A DNA stretch of 64,000 nt from Eledone cirrhosa (lineage: Eukaryota), in assembly GCA_964016885.1 (NCBI GenBank), contig OZ024742.1, positions 176,576,001-176,640,000 on the forward strand, given 5' to 3'. Positions 34,802 through 48,131 of the stretch are shown here, in pieces. Made by a program: the position numbers and the translations under genes. The first letter of the stretch is position 1; each line of letters begins with the position of its first letter. The notes beneath the pieces are model-generated. The model saw only the letters and a program-made list of their open reading frames with translations, did not search any database and was not told the origin of the DNA.

Positions 34802-37800
34802 ATGGCCTCACTCAGAATAGGCAGCATTAATGCGCGTGGATTGGGGTCGTCATGGAAGCAGGGCCACCTGCTCAGCGACCTCAGGTCACGAAACATAGAT
34901 GTAGTGGCCATCAGCGAGACCAGAATCTTCGAAGCACGGGCCTTCGCACCGATCCTCGGCGGCTATGATGTGTACGCATCTCCCAGCCGTCCGGGATCGG
35001 GGGGAGTAGTTGCTGTGCTTTTTCGGAGAGGTTTGGATCTCGCCATACGGGCCATCTTCCTGGACCCAGAAGGTAAGTTGGTGGTGCTAGACGTGACCAG
35101 CGGAGACGGGCAAGCTTTCAGGCTAGTGGCCGTCTATGCCCCGACAGGAGCAGGGCGGCCTGATTTCTTCCGGCGTCTAGAGACCTTTCTTGGAACGTCC
35201 CGCTCTTTAGTGTTAGTGGGCGACTGGAAAGGGATCTTAGATGCACGCTGGGACTGTGTGGGATTAGGGGAGGAGGGTGCAAGAGCCTCACCAACCTGCT
35301 CAGGCATTTTGAACTGTCTGACAGGTACCGATTGGATTTCCCGAATGTGCCAATGTGGACTTGGACAAATCGCATAGGGTCATCCAGATCATATCTAGAT
35401 AGAGTATTTTGTAGAGAAATAGATAGGTCTAGCATAGGCTGTCCACAATTCAAGATAGTCAGCTACACGGACCACAAATTCGTGATCCGTGTACTTGACT
35501 TAGATAGGCTTCATAGACGGTGACCCGGCTACTGGGAGCTAAACCCGTCCTGAACCAGCGCGCAAGGCCTACAGAGACCGGATTAGCGAACTAGTTAAGC
35601 GGGCGTTGACGGGGGCCATCGTCAACAACAAGTGGTGGTTTGCTCTGAAAAGAGCAATTAGAATAAAGTCCATTAGGTTTAGTAAGGCTTTAGCAATAGA
35701 GAAAAATAGAGCAGAGGGAGAATTAGTTAGAAAATTAGACGAGGCGCTTAGCAAAGGCATCGCGACCGACGTACTTGGGGCGAAATTGGCCCTTGACCAA
35801 TTCTTCAATGCAAAGCACGAACACTGCGTTGTCAGAGCTAGGGTGCGTGCTCTCAGACACGAGGGGACGAAAGCCGTTCAATGGGCCCGAGTGGCGGAGG
35901 CGCATCATGGCAACAAAGCCACGATCCGGTCTTTGGTGGAACACGATGAGTGCATGCTACTCGATCCCGGGAAAATGTGTGAAGCTTTTCAGCGACATTT
36001 CGCTCAGTTGTTCGGGGGCAGCGGCGGGCCGGCTGGAGGGATGGATTCTAGTGTCTACCTCGACGGACTTCCGCGGCTCTCGGCCACTGAGGCGGAGTGT
36101 TGCGAAAAGCCGATAAAAACCGCTGAAGTACGGGAGGCAATGACTAGCTGCACAAGGGGTAAATCGCCTGGTTTGGATGGTCTGCCCTATGCGCCGAGGG
36201 GCTGTGGCGCTGCTGAGAAAGGATCCCAACAAGAGGGATAGCATAGATCATTTTAGGCCCATAACTCTGCTAAACACATAGTTCAAGATTTTGGCCAAGG
36301 TGCTAGCAAAGAGGTTGGCGCTTGTCGTTGGTGGTCTGGTGGGATAGGCGCAGACATGCGCCATTCCCAACAGATCCATCCACGACAACCTCCACCTCAT
36401 GCGATACATCGTAGAGAGGGTAGCTAGGGAACCTGGCACGGGTGGGTCCTTGATCAATTTAGATCAGTCGAAAGCTTTCGATAGGGTCGACCATCGTTAC
36501 CTAGCGGCAGTCCTGAGGCCGGCTGGCTTTGGGCCCGTCTTCAGAGGCTGGATCGCTGCCATGCACAGCGACATCTGCTCTGTGGTGAGAGTGAACGGTC
36601 ACCTTTCGGAACCGTCCAACATCTTGCGCTCGGTCCGCCAAGAGTGTCCCCTCTCGTCCCTCTTGTACGTATTGACTCTCGAGCCATTACTGCACAAACT
36701 GGAGACGTTGAGGAGGGTCCCGCGCGAACAAGGATGCGGAAGATCCGTGTCAGCATATGCGGACGATGTCACCGTAGTGGTGTCGAACGCCAAACACATC
36801 GAGGCGATCGGCACTTCACTAAGAGAATACGAAGCGGTGACAGAAGCAATGATCAACCAGGAAAAGACAGTGGGCCTGCAGCGCGGCACCTGGAGAGGAA
36901 GGTCCATGCCGTCCAACAGCGTCGCCGGGCGCTGGTCGGACGGACCAGTTAAATTGCTCGGGGTCTGGTTCGGTCCGGATCTCCAGACCGACAAAAACTA
37001 GGACGAGGTGACGAGCAGGGTGGCTTCTCTCACCCAGAAATGGGCCGAGAGGAAGCTATCCCTGAAAGGTCGAGCGGAGGTGGCTAACGCGTATATCGCG
37101 TCCGTCATCTACTACCGCCTGACCGTTGTACCTTGTCCTAAGCCCCGCCTGACTGCGCTGGAGCGTTTGCTCTTTCGCTTTAGTGGAAGGGAAGCGCTCC
37201 GATGGTCAGGCGGTCCATCTGCTGTCAACACCCGCTACGTGGAGGGCTGGGAATGCCGTGGCTGATGATGCGCAGACACGCGTTCAGGCTACGACATCTC
37301 CACCTCTTCCTCGACGGTGATCAGGTGTGGTCGCCGTTTGCTAGACACGTCTTTCCCCAGCTCGTCTCCTTGACGGGGCTGCAATCCTGGGTCAAGCGAA
37401 GACCGAGGGGGAGCGCTTGGAGACTGGAGTGTTTTCAGGCGCTCACAGCCCTCGGCAATGTGATCGGTGGAAACTCCACCTTGGCGTTCTATAGAGGATT
37501 AGTGGAGGGGAAGGCGAACGACGTACTTGGTGAAACTCTAGGCGTCGACGAAAATCAACTAGCCAATCTCTTCGGAAGAACTTTCGGGCCGGGCCCTATG
37601 GACAACTTCCAGAAATACCTGGCCTGGCATTGCTACCGAGGAGCTTTGCCAGTTCGGGATAAACTCTACAGGCATGGAGGTGCCGTCAGCCGAGCATGTC
37701 CGAGATGCGCGCAGGGCGATGAAACCGTCCTGCACGCACTCGTCCAGTGTCCGAGCATTGCTGACTTGTGGGTTTATGTCGAACACCTGCTGTCGCGTGT

Positions 37801-38112
37801 GGGACGGATCCAGCTATCCGTTGAGTCCATCGTGAGGATTGCCCCGCCCTCTTCCTTTAGCCGGGAAGGGCAAGCAGTTTTTATCTGTCTGGTGGCCATG
37901 GCGAAAGAGATAGTATGGTGGACACGTTTGAAAGGCTGAAGACGAGCACTTACCTCTTCGGTGTTGCCCTGATTAACTTTTTCAAACTTCATTTGAAAAG
38001 GAAAATCAGGGTAGAGAGGGAAGTGCTCTCTTCCCAGCATTTTGTTGAAAGATGGGTGAGAGAAGCAAGAATGGCCCCAGTGAATGGGCCTACTCTGAGT
38101 ATATATCTGTAA
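34802..38112 (+). pseudogene. Tx1 ORF2 (apurinic-like endonuclease + reverse transcriptase), several disablements
   Basis: IGSINARGL..AISETR..VYAP..VGDW..SYLDR..TDH; KSPGLDGLP; NLDQSKAFDRVDH; SVRQECPLS; AYADDV; CPRC..ETVLHALVQC. Confidence 0.9.
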
Positions 38113-38383
38113 ATTAAAGGTGGACAACTGGGAGAGGGCACTTGCCTTGGTGGTCAGGGTCACTGTGGTCTTTTACTGGGATTTCTCAACAAATGTACCT
38201 CCGAAGTCTCTCCCCTATTGGGGAATTTTTCATTGTTATTTTTCGTTGCATCCTCTGTTTTTGTTTTTTACACGCAGAAATGCCCATTTGTACCGTCCTG
38301 TATTGTCCTATACTGCCCTTAATGTCTACTTCATGTAGACCCTTGTGGTTAATAAATAAATCATTATTATTATTATTATTATT

Positions 38384-39742
38384 CTGGGAGGAAGCTAACA
38401 CTGAAAGGTCACGCGGAGGTGGCGAATGCGTACATCGCGTCCGTCATCTACTACCGCCTGGCCGTCGTGCTTAGCCCCCGTCCGCGCCTCGTCAAGCTGG
38501 AACGGCTACACTTCAAATTCTTGTGGAGGTGACAAGTTCCGTTGGTGAGGCGGTCCATCTGCTGCCAGCACCCTCTACGCGGAGGGCTGGGCATGACGAA
38601 GCTAATGATGCGCAGAAATGCGTTGAGGCTGCGACGTCTCCAGATATTCTCCCTCAACGGTGAACAGGTGTGGTCGCCGTTTATCAGACGGGCCTTTCCG
38701 AAGCTCATTTCTTTGACTGGGCTGCAGTCCTGGGTCAAGAAGAGACCGAGACTGGGTGACTGGCACCTGGAATGTTGCCAGGCACTCACTACCCTCTACC
38801 AAGCGGGCAATGTGATCAGTGGAACTTCCACTCTCGAGTTCTATAGAGGATTAGTGGTGGGCAAGTGCGATCACGCACTTGGAGAAGCTTTGGGTCTCGA
38901 CGAAGTCGAACTGACCAGTCTGTACCGGAGGATTTTGAGCCGGGGCCGATGGACAATTTCCAGAAATCCTTCGCCCGGCAGTGCTACCGGGAAGCACTGC
39001 CGGTTCGGGATAAACTCTACAGGCACGGAAGTGCTGTCAGACGGACCTGCCCAAGATGCGCACAGTACGACGAAACCGTTCTGCTCGCACTTGTCCAATG
39101 TCCGTGCATTACTGATTTGTGGAGTTATGTCGAACAGCTACTGTCGCGCGTGGAACGAATCCGACTATCGGCCGAGTCCATAGTGAAGATCGATCACCTC
39201 CTTCCTTAGGTCAGGAAGAGCAGGAAATTTTCCTCTGTCTGGTGGCAGTTGCGAAAGAGATTATATGGTGGACCAGGTTGAAAGGACTAAAGACAGACAC
39301 TTTTCTCTTAGGCCACTCCCTCATCAACTTCTTCAAGTTTCACCTGGAAAGGAAGGTGAGGGTGGAGAGAGAAGTGCTGCCCCTCAGTACATTTGCTAAA
39401 AGGTGGGTGAATGTCGCGAGAATGGCTCGTGTGAATGGGCCTACTCTGACCATGCGCATATATGCTGGCTAACTTGAGGAGAGGGGTGCTCTCCCTAGGT
39501 GCCCTAGAAGCGCAGGGTGGTTCAGGATTGGTGGGGTACCTGAAGCACCCCAGGGTCGTACACCCCCTATCGGGGAATTTATTTTGTTATATTTATGCAT
39601 AGTTTATTTTATATTTTTATATTTTCATTGTTAAATTAGTCTTGCCATTGTGCACTTTTACTCCACCTTATTGTAAACCCCCACTGTCCCTGTCTTTGTA
39701 TTGTCCCCTACATGTCGGCCCTGGTGGCTAATAAATGAAATC
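38384..39742 (+). mobile_element. 5'-truncated Tx1 LINE of a related but different subfamily
   Basis: Homologous to 37040-38362 (KLTLKG.AEVANAYIAS...CPRCAQYDETV) with a different 3' UTR; ends AATAAATGAAATC-(ATT)n. Confidence 0.9.
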
Positions 39743-39923
39743 ATTATTTATATTATTATTATTATTCATCCTTACGGGGTCGATAAAATAAAGTACCAGT
39801 AGTGTACTGGGTAATTGCTTGGCTTGTGCCAAATGTAGAAACAATTATTACTGTATATATAAATATATAAATATATACAAATGGAAGTTCAGTATAATCG
39901 AAGCTCTGGCCGCAGCTAACCTA

Positions 39924-39985
<62 letters not shown>

Positions 39986-40364
39986 AAGGCTTGTGTCTAT
40001 GTCACATAATTAGCGGTTCAACAAAAAGAGAATGATAAAACAAGCTCCAGACTGGAAATGATCGGTAGTGGTGTCGACAAGAACACCTAAAACCCGCCAA
40101 GGCGATACTCTACGATGCTGCAGTTCAATGACCGAATAAGCAAAAGAATATCACGATTTTCTATTCAAAACATGCAAAGGAATAAAGATTTCTACTAACG
40201 TTTTCCCGAGGATGTAAATGTAAATGGAACGTACATCACAATGGTGTATGTTAGTGTAGATATTATGGGAAAAGAATTGGTTTCACAGCTGAAGTATTCT
40301 GGCTTCCTAGGTGATATAGGTTATTCTGTGATTGATTTTACTGTATCACACACAACACACACGC

Positions 40365-40593
<229 letters not shown>

Positions 40594-40835
40594 AATTTAG
40601 TAGCATTTCACCTCTTTTTTATTATTCATCAGGTAACTAATCACTTCACTGGTTCGTTTCATCTCTGGGTGGTTATGTAAGTGTTATATATCTTTCGTCA
40701 CGCATACTTTTACCACCTCTCTTTCTATTTTTGACCTCTGTGTCTGTTTCAACACCCTATTACACATGTATACCTTGCAAATCGAATATCATACATACAC
40801 ACAACATACTATCATACATATACACAGATTTATTT

Positions 40836-40875
<40 letters not shown>

Positions 40876-40975
40876 CATATGCACCGATGTATGTATGTAT
40901 GTATGCATATATAAGTATGTATATCTATATCTATGCATACACATGCATCTTTGTATGTACCTATGCATGCATGTA

Positions 40976-41020
<45 letters not shown>

Positions 41021-42119
41021 TGTGTGTGTCAGTGTGTTCATGAAGCCACCCATTTTTCATCTGTTATCCATATATGGGTATTGTACCTAGGTAATGGAAA
41101 TCAATTACTTTATGTGAAATATGGCCGCATTAGCAGATTAAAATAGAAGGAGAAGAATAAGGCCAAAATATATATTTAGCTAATGTAACCTTCCATCCAA
41201 TCACAATGCTAAAATTATTAAATACCCAAATACTTTGTAGCACTTTGAATTATTTTTCATTTTCATCTCGTAGTTGCTGGTCTTGACTTTCCTCTCTTAA
41301 TATACATATATACCATGTTGTTTTAAGGCACGTGGTTTACTGGTTAGAGTATTGGGCTGATCATCGAAAGTTCGTGAGTTAGATTCTTGTGGGCATTTTC
41401 TGTCCTTTAACAATATAGTTTATTTTACGTTGCTCCAATCCACTCTGTTGACAAACATGAAGTGTACCTGTAATTCGAAGAGCTTCAGTTGTCATATACT
41501 GAGTCACGTTGAATATTCCCGAGAACTACGTTAAAGATTCACAGTTGATTGCACGTTAATTTCACAAGCAGGCTTTTCCATTGACAGAATTAAAACAGCG
41601 TATATTTATTAATTCATGTGCACCTAACCCAATATAAAAGATGTATTCTCGAATTACTTCTTTTATTTTCATGATTTTAATAGAAATAAATAATTAGAGC
41701 AATGGAGAATGTTTTTTTATATGTTGTGTTATAGTCTTTTACATTCTTAGTCAAATTCTGTGTAGAGTTATGTTTCCTTTCATTTTCTAGGACCCATAAA
41801 ATAAAGTACCAGCTACATATTGGCCTCATTTTCGAAAGCTATTTTGTCGACTTAGAAATCGATAGACACTATTTGAAATGTGTGCGTCTCAACACAAAAT
41901 AACATAATAATATTCGATCACAGTAATAGTTGAGGAAATTAAATATTATTTATAATGATCGACTATTATTATGATTGTTTGCATGGGAATGCACACATTT
42001 AAAATTTTAAATATTCTCAATGCTTCTCAGGTTAAATTTAATTGGTTTTGTATGTGATGCTGTTGGATTGGTGATATAATGTGCTTCCCTTCAGTCAATA
42101 AAAGAAATGTTCATTATAT

Positions 42120-42310
42120 AGGGCGTTGGATTGGCAGTTTCGGTAGTGGGTCGGACGACATGCTTTCCATCATAGTTACGTCCCTTTACGATCTGAGTTC
42201 AAATCCCGCCGAGGTTAACATTGTCTTTTATCCTTACGGGGTCGATAAAATAAACTACCAGTAATGCACTGGATAATTGCTGGCCTTGTGCCTAAAGTAG
42301 AAACAATTAT
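42120..42310 (+). mobile_element. Full-length ~190-bp tRNA-SINE
   Basis: GGGCGTTGGATTGGCAG...GAGTTCAAATCCCGCCGAGG...AAACAATTAT. Confidence 0.9.
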
Positions 42311-42981
42311 ATATATACACGGTAAATGGTAAAGAACCCTTCGGCCACGGATAACAATGGATTTTGCACCTTGAAAGTTCCCTGACTAGGCACAATCCCG
42401 GCTAGGTGATTTTGTAAAGGACCAGCAGTCGCCTAATGAATACCAGTTTCTCATCTCCCCGTCACCGTTGTTTCCAAGAGAAAGGCAAAGGCTGATACAG
42501 CTTGGCACCAGAGAGGGCGCAACTCATTTCTACAGCTGAGTGAATTGGTGCATCGTCAAATAAACTGTGTTACTCAACGCATTTCCCAGTCCCGGAATTG
42601 AACTCACAGCCTCATGAATATAAGCCCATCACTCTAACTATTAAACCACGTACCTTTCCGGTATATACTCTTATATACTCTTATATAAATCACAACATTT
42701 CCATACAGAAACAAATGATCTAAACTCAGCCCACGTTAGGCCTACTAGACCATATGTACACGTCATATACTGAGCGAAGTAAATTGTATGTAATACAGTA
42801 ATAATACTTAACTACCGATTCGAATTATTCACGAGTGTATGGAGTAGAGCTCCATCAGTTTCAACGATGAATGTTTCCAGTTGTTTCGTCAACGATACAG
42901 GCCTTGTGAATGAAATTGGGTAAATAGAAACAGTTTGGAATTCTGATTGATGGAATGTACATATACGTCAAAGAGCTATGT

Positions 42982-43024
<43 letters not shown>

Positions 43025-43644
43025 TGTGTCTCGTAGAATCTCCCTGAGAATTAGATTAAGGATACACGTTTCTGTGGAATGTTCAGTAAATTATACCTTT
43101 ATTTGGTAAACAAGTTGTTTCTTTCATCGAACAATAGGAGCACAAAACCTGCAGATGGGAATCGAACTCAGGACTTAACGATCGTAAGCGTAACACTCTA
43201 ACTACTAAGCCAAGAAACTTCTCTTTTTATATTTTCGTAAATGAGAAACAGGCGCTCTTCCAATAGGAAAGTGATTTCCATGAACGTATCAAGCCGCAAC
43301 GCTGTAACCGGAGGATATATTTGAGATCCAGCAAGATAATTTAAATACTGTCAAAGATAATAATACATTCTTACAGGAAGTGAATGATCACTATGGTTAT
43401 TACATTACAATTCTACACTTCCATAATTTGGTGGTGGTGTTGGTGTTCTATTTTTGTTGGAGGTGGTGGTGGAAGCCGTGGTGTGATGTCAGGAGATAGT
43501 TAAACCGGCTTTGAAAAACATCGCAAAATCAGATATTTTATAGTAGCATTCGTTTTATTGAGGTTCAGCTGATTGTTTTGTTACGGAAAATTTAGGTCAA
43601 CCATCTATCAAAGAACAAGTCAACTGTTATGAAATAGAGTAAAA

Positions 43645-44030
43645 TAATGGTTTCTGATTTAGGCACAAGGCCAACAATTTTGAGAGAGTGGAAAGTCGAT
43701 TAAATCAACCCCGGTGTCTTACCGGTACTATTTTATCAACTCTGTCAGGATGAAAGGCAAAGCAAACCTCCGCCAGATATGAACTAGAAATGCAAAGGGC
43801 TGTAACTCTAAGCTGTAAAGCATGTTGTAATAGCGAGTAAAATTATTGTTTCTCATTTTGAGACATGGCCAACAATTATGGGGGAGGGAAAAGCCGATTA
43901 AATAGACCACAGTGCGTTTCAGGTACTTTATATTATCGATTCCGTAAGGATGAAAAGCAAAGCTGAACTCAGAATGTAAAGGGACACAACTCCATGCCGT
44001 AAAGTATGTTGTCTGATGCTCTACCGATAC
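43645..44030 (-). mobile_element. Two older tandem SINE copies
   Basis: Degenerate GGCACAAGGCCAACAATT...GGTACT..ATC..GGATGAAA.GCAAAG repeated twice. Confidence 0.7.
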
Positions 44031-44039
44031 TTTTTTAGC

Positions 44040-44870
44040 CGCACATGACTGACAGTAATCAGAGAAAGGCGGCACAGGGCCATAGAGTTTGGGATTTTTG
44101 TGTAAAATGTGTATTCACAATGGATTATAAAAATAAACATTTAAACATATCAAACAAGAAAGAGTATATACAGAACTGGCAATTCCCCTCTATAACACTG
44201 ATCAGCCAGTACAATCTCTTCAACACCCTGGACTTCGCCGAGAACATCGTTACCTCAAGCGCTCTATAGATTATTAATGGGACACTTCTACCGAAATCAT
44301 TGGCCAACTGGTAAGCGGCTGACACAATACTATATGCCAGTCTCCCTCTTCCTTGGTCTTTTCTTTACCTAAGACTAACTTCGTCAGAGAAATGAACTCA
44401 GGAATAGTGCGTCTGACAAAAGGCGACCCCAGCCGCTCGCTCACTGTTCGGGAATCTCTGCAAATCCTGCAATCTCAGCGCATGTTTCCGCAGCAACAGC
44501 CACGGCATGCTGATTCCCACGCGCCTTGGGAGTGTGCAAAAATTGACTATTAAACCAGAGGAAAACGGCATTTTCAAAAGGAGGCAGATCAGACGCTCCA
44601 GTTTGGTCAGACGATAGCTGGGACAAAGCACGTCGATCAGACTCTAAGTGATGATGGAGGTGATGTAAGAATTCCCCACCTCTTCCCGACCATTCAAGGA
44701 TAGCTTCCTCTCGGTCCATTTCTGAGTTAGAGCTGCCACCCTACACGTAAGCCCATTCCAGGTTCTGTCTAGCTTGAGGTTCGTACTGAATCAGGCCCCA
44801 AAGAGTTTAACCAGTTCACCGGTCCATTGTCTCAAAATTCTGTCGGGCGGCAGGGACTTATCTCTCCACT
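44040..44870 (-). mobile_element. Old, internally deleted Tx1 LINE 3' fragment
   Basis: ORF 44398-44631 LTKLERL..GISMPWLLLRKHALRLQDLQRF is homologous to GLGMPWLMMRRHAFRLRHL of the full-length copy. Confidence 0.75.
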
Positions 44871-46345
44871 TGCCAAGCCACCAGCCCACTGACTTGTTTC
44901 ACTGACAAGCCATGGGATGAACAGTGGCTATGGTAAATCACTATTGCCCAAGACGCTACGCAGTGGATCGAAACCGGGACCTAATGATTGGGACGCGAAC
45001 TATTTAACTACTTGACAATGCTGTGTTCACTGTTATAAAATATAGGGTTAAAAAGAATATCAGTTTGAATGGTGACTATTCCCTAATTTTAGGTGAATTA
45101 TTTATTATGAAAGTTTCTTTACAAATGAACGTCTGTATTATTACGACTGGCAAATATATATCTGAAAGTGACATTCCAAAATAATAAATCTGTGATAATA
45201 TAGGACCTACCTTAAGGGGTAGACAGATCTTGTCAAGTTTCTTGCCATAGAAATCTATCTTAACTAGCGATTTTTTAGCCAGTCGTTTCCTTCCGGTCTT
45301 CCGACATATATACTTGGACGTAATCAACGTCGGTCGATAGGTTTGTACACTTGCACTTGACTTTGTGTGTATGTGTGTATGTGTGTATGTGTGTGTGTGT
45401 GTTTGAGTGTGAGTCTGTTTGCACGTCTGTGAGTGTTTTTGTATGTCATTGTGAGTGTCAGCGCACTTGTATTTGTGTGTGTGTGTATGTTTGTGTGCAC
45501 GTACGTGTATATTTGCGTCTTTGTGCTGTGTATAGTTGTGTGTGCGTGTGTATGTGTGTGTGTGTGTGTGCGCGCGCGTCCGTGCGTGCGCGCGCGCGTG
45601 TAGGTGTGTGTGTGCGTGTGTGTATGTGTGTAGGCGTGTATATGTGAGTATGTTAGAGGTTTCTCTAATTGACACGAGTCGGAAAAGTATTGTTGAGCTA
45701 AATGAGGGGAAGTTGTGAGATAGGTATTGGAATTCTCCCCAATCACTCTAGAAATCTATTTCCTATGTGGCTTTATCGAATAACATCAAATTACCTGGAC
45801 CATTTAAACAAAACTAGCTTTCATACAGTTTCTTGAGAATTTAGCTGCCGGACAAATTTCAATTATTTACAGTTTCCCATTCATTGAAGTTCTAGCAGAC
45901 CCAAAATCCAGCACTACTATACAGAGAACTCTATCAGATCAATACAGAATTCATTATAATTCCTTTAACAAGTCTCTTAAATTCAAATTATGTCAATTAT
46001 CCAACATTTGCTCCAAGACAAATATTACTTGCTAGAATAAAATACTTGATACCTTTAGATGAAGCCATATTATGTTATGCCATATTAAAGTCGACCCTAG
46101 CCAGTATAAATCAATTGCCACAGTTAATAATAATCTTGTATATTAGCACTTATCTTGCTAGTTTTGTAAGAGGAAATGGGAAGTCGAAACGTTTATATAT
46201 TTTACTATGGTATTAGTGACCAACTGAAGTTGGAAAAACGAAGCTAAGTATCGAAACTCAGTTAGGATGGTTTTGTCTTAGGTTACTCATTATAATACGT
46301 AGTCTACTATTACTTACATAGTTATATTAACTACATAGGACGTAA

Positions 46346-46406
<61 letters not shown>

Positions 46407-46807
46407 GGTGGTCGAACTCTCTTCATTACTATTTTATCTATCAACTAATAAGTAGTCAAATTAAAAGCATAAGTCATAGTAGTTTAATTGATATAGAAAC
46501 ACATACACACACACATATATATATGTGTGCGCCTGTGTGTTTGTTTGTGTACACACACACACATACACACACACACACACGCACATATATATGCATGTGT
46601 ATGTAAGCACACACACAATCACACACACACATATATATATATGTATATATATACCATATATACATATATACATATATACCATATATATATATATATATAG
46701 GAAAAAAGTCGAGATTCTTTTCCTATTACCGACTCTACTACCCTAAGTATCGAGTACTCTGGCGCGTTATGGTCCACCTGGTTTCTTACCACACTTTCTT
46801 TCTTATA

Positions 46808-46883
<76 letters not shown>

Positions 46884-46902
46884 CACACACACAGAAACAA
46901 AA

Positions 46903-47150
46903 TGGCGTAGGACAGAAGAAAGGAAAGGCACAGAAACAAAGAATGGAATCCCCAGTCACTGATGAGGTCACAGAGTGTGTGACGAATGGACTATGACTAT
47001 ATATAAACAACTATCTGGTTGTGGAACCAACCAACCAGAAACTTATAAGTTTGTAGATTTGTAAATTTATAAATATATAATAAATTGAAGTGAAAGCTAC
47101 TGGTGCGTGTGTTTCTTATTGGCAACATGACCCTCCCAAAGTATAACAAT
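46903..47150 (+). repeat. Hammerhead-bearing repeat (family of 15974-16418)
   Basis: AGTCA-CTGATGA(46959)-gGTCACAgagtgTGTGAC-GAAT-GGAC-TA/TGACT; 5-bp stem I; GAAA mutated to GAAT. Confidence 0.8.
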
Positions 47151-47177
47151 ATATATATATATATGCATTATCTGACT

Positions 47178-47895
47178 GCAACTTGAACTATATTGTATTT
47201 CTCCTGTGTCTTGAACTCTCCATTTAATAGACAACGACTCTTGTTTGTTTATTTATATCTTTACATCTTTATTTGCTGTATTAATGCTCCTCCACGTATT
47301 CTACCTCTATACATCCAGGTACTTTCTTCTTCCCTTATTCGGACTTTTACTCGCGTGTACCCTTAGCACACGTCACTGGAATATCTCCCCCTGGGAACAT
47401 AAATACCGCAACCTGAACTATATTGTATTTCTCCTGTGTCTTGAACTCTACATTTACTAGACAACGACTTTTGTTTGTTCATCTATATCTTCACATCTTT
47501 GTTTGCTGTATTAATGCCTTTCCACGTACTCTACCTCTATACATCCATGTACTTTTTACTCCCCTTATTCGGACTTTTACTCGCGTGCACCCTTAGCACA
47601 CGACACAGGATTGCCCCCCCCCCCCCCCCCCCCGGGAACATAAATACTCCAACCTGAACTATATTGTAATTCTCCTATGTCTTGATTTCTCCATCTTACT
47701 CCAACACCACTCTTGTTGGTTTATTTACATGTTTATACCTATATATTGATATGTTTATATATTTATACCTCTGCTGTACCAATGTGCTCTTCCACGTATT
47801 CCACTTCTATGTATCCATGTATTTCTACTCCTCACATTGGGACCTGTACCCATTAGCACACGACACTAGAATGTCTCCTCCTGAGAACAAAAATT
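47178..47895. repeat. Tandem repeat, three units of ~230-245 bp
   Basis: CAAC.TGAACTATATTGTA.TTCTCCT.TGTCTTGA at ~47179, ~47409, ~47650. Confidence 0.9.
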
Positions 47896-48131
47896 AAACA
47901 TTACACGACTATATCCCGTACTCTACATCCCACTAGGATAAATTACAGATCTACATAATACAATTAACGTTTCTTCATAAAAGACTCTATTTAATTAAAC
48001 CCCGCAACTCAAAACCTCATAGAAGTTATTTGAATGTTTAATCTTCAATTTTCTGTTTGTTCAATTCTCAATCTTCTTACTCCTTAGTTTTATAATGTTA
48101 TTCTGAATTCTTTCAACTTCATCCGATAGAG

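Larger units (their letters stand above)
32619..38362 (+). mobile_element. Apparently full-length (~5.7 kb) decayed Tx1/L1-clade LINE with 5' UTR, ORF1, ORF2 and 3' UTR with AATAAA
   Basis: Starts GGCGACC immediately after (TTA)n; ORF1 has a CCHC knuckle; ORF2 is APE-RT-zinc finger; ends AATAAATAAATC-(ATT)n. Confidence 0.92.
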
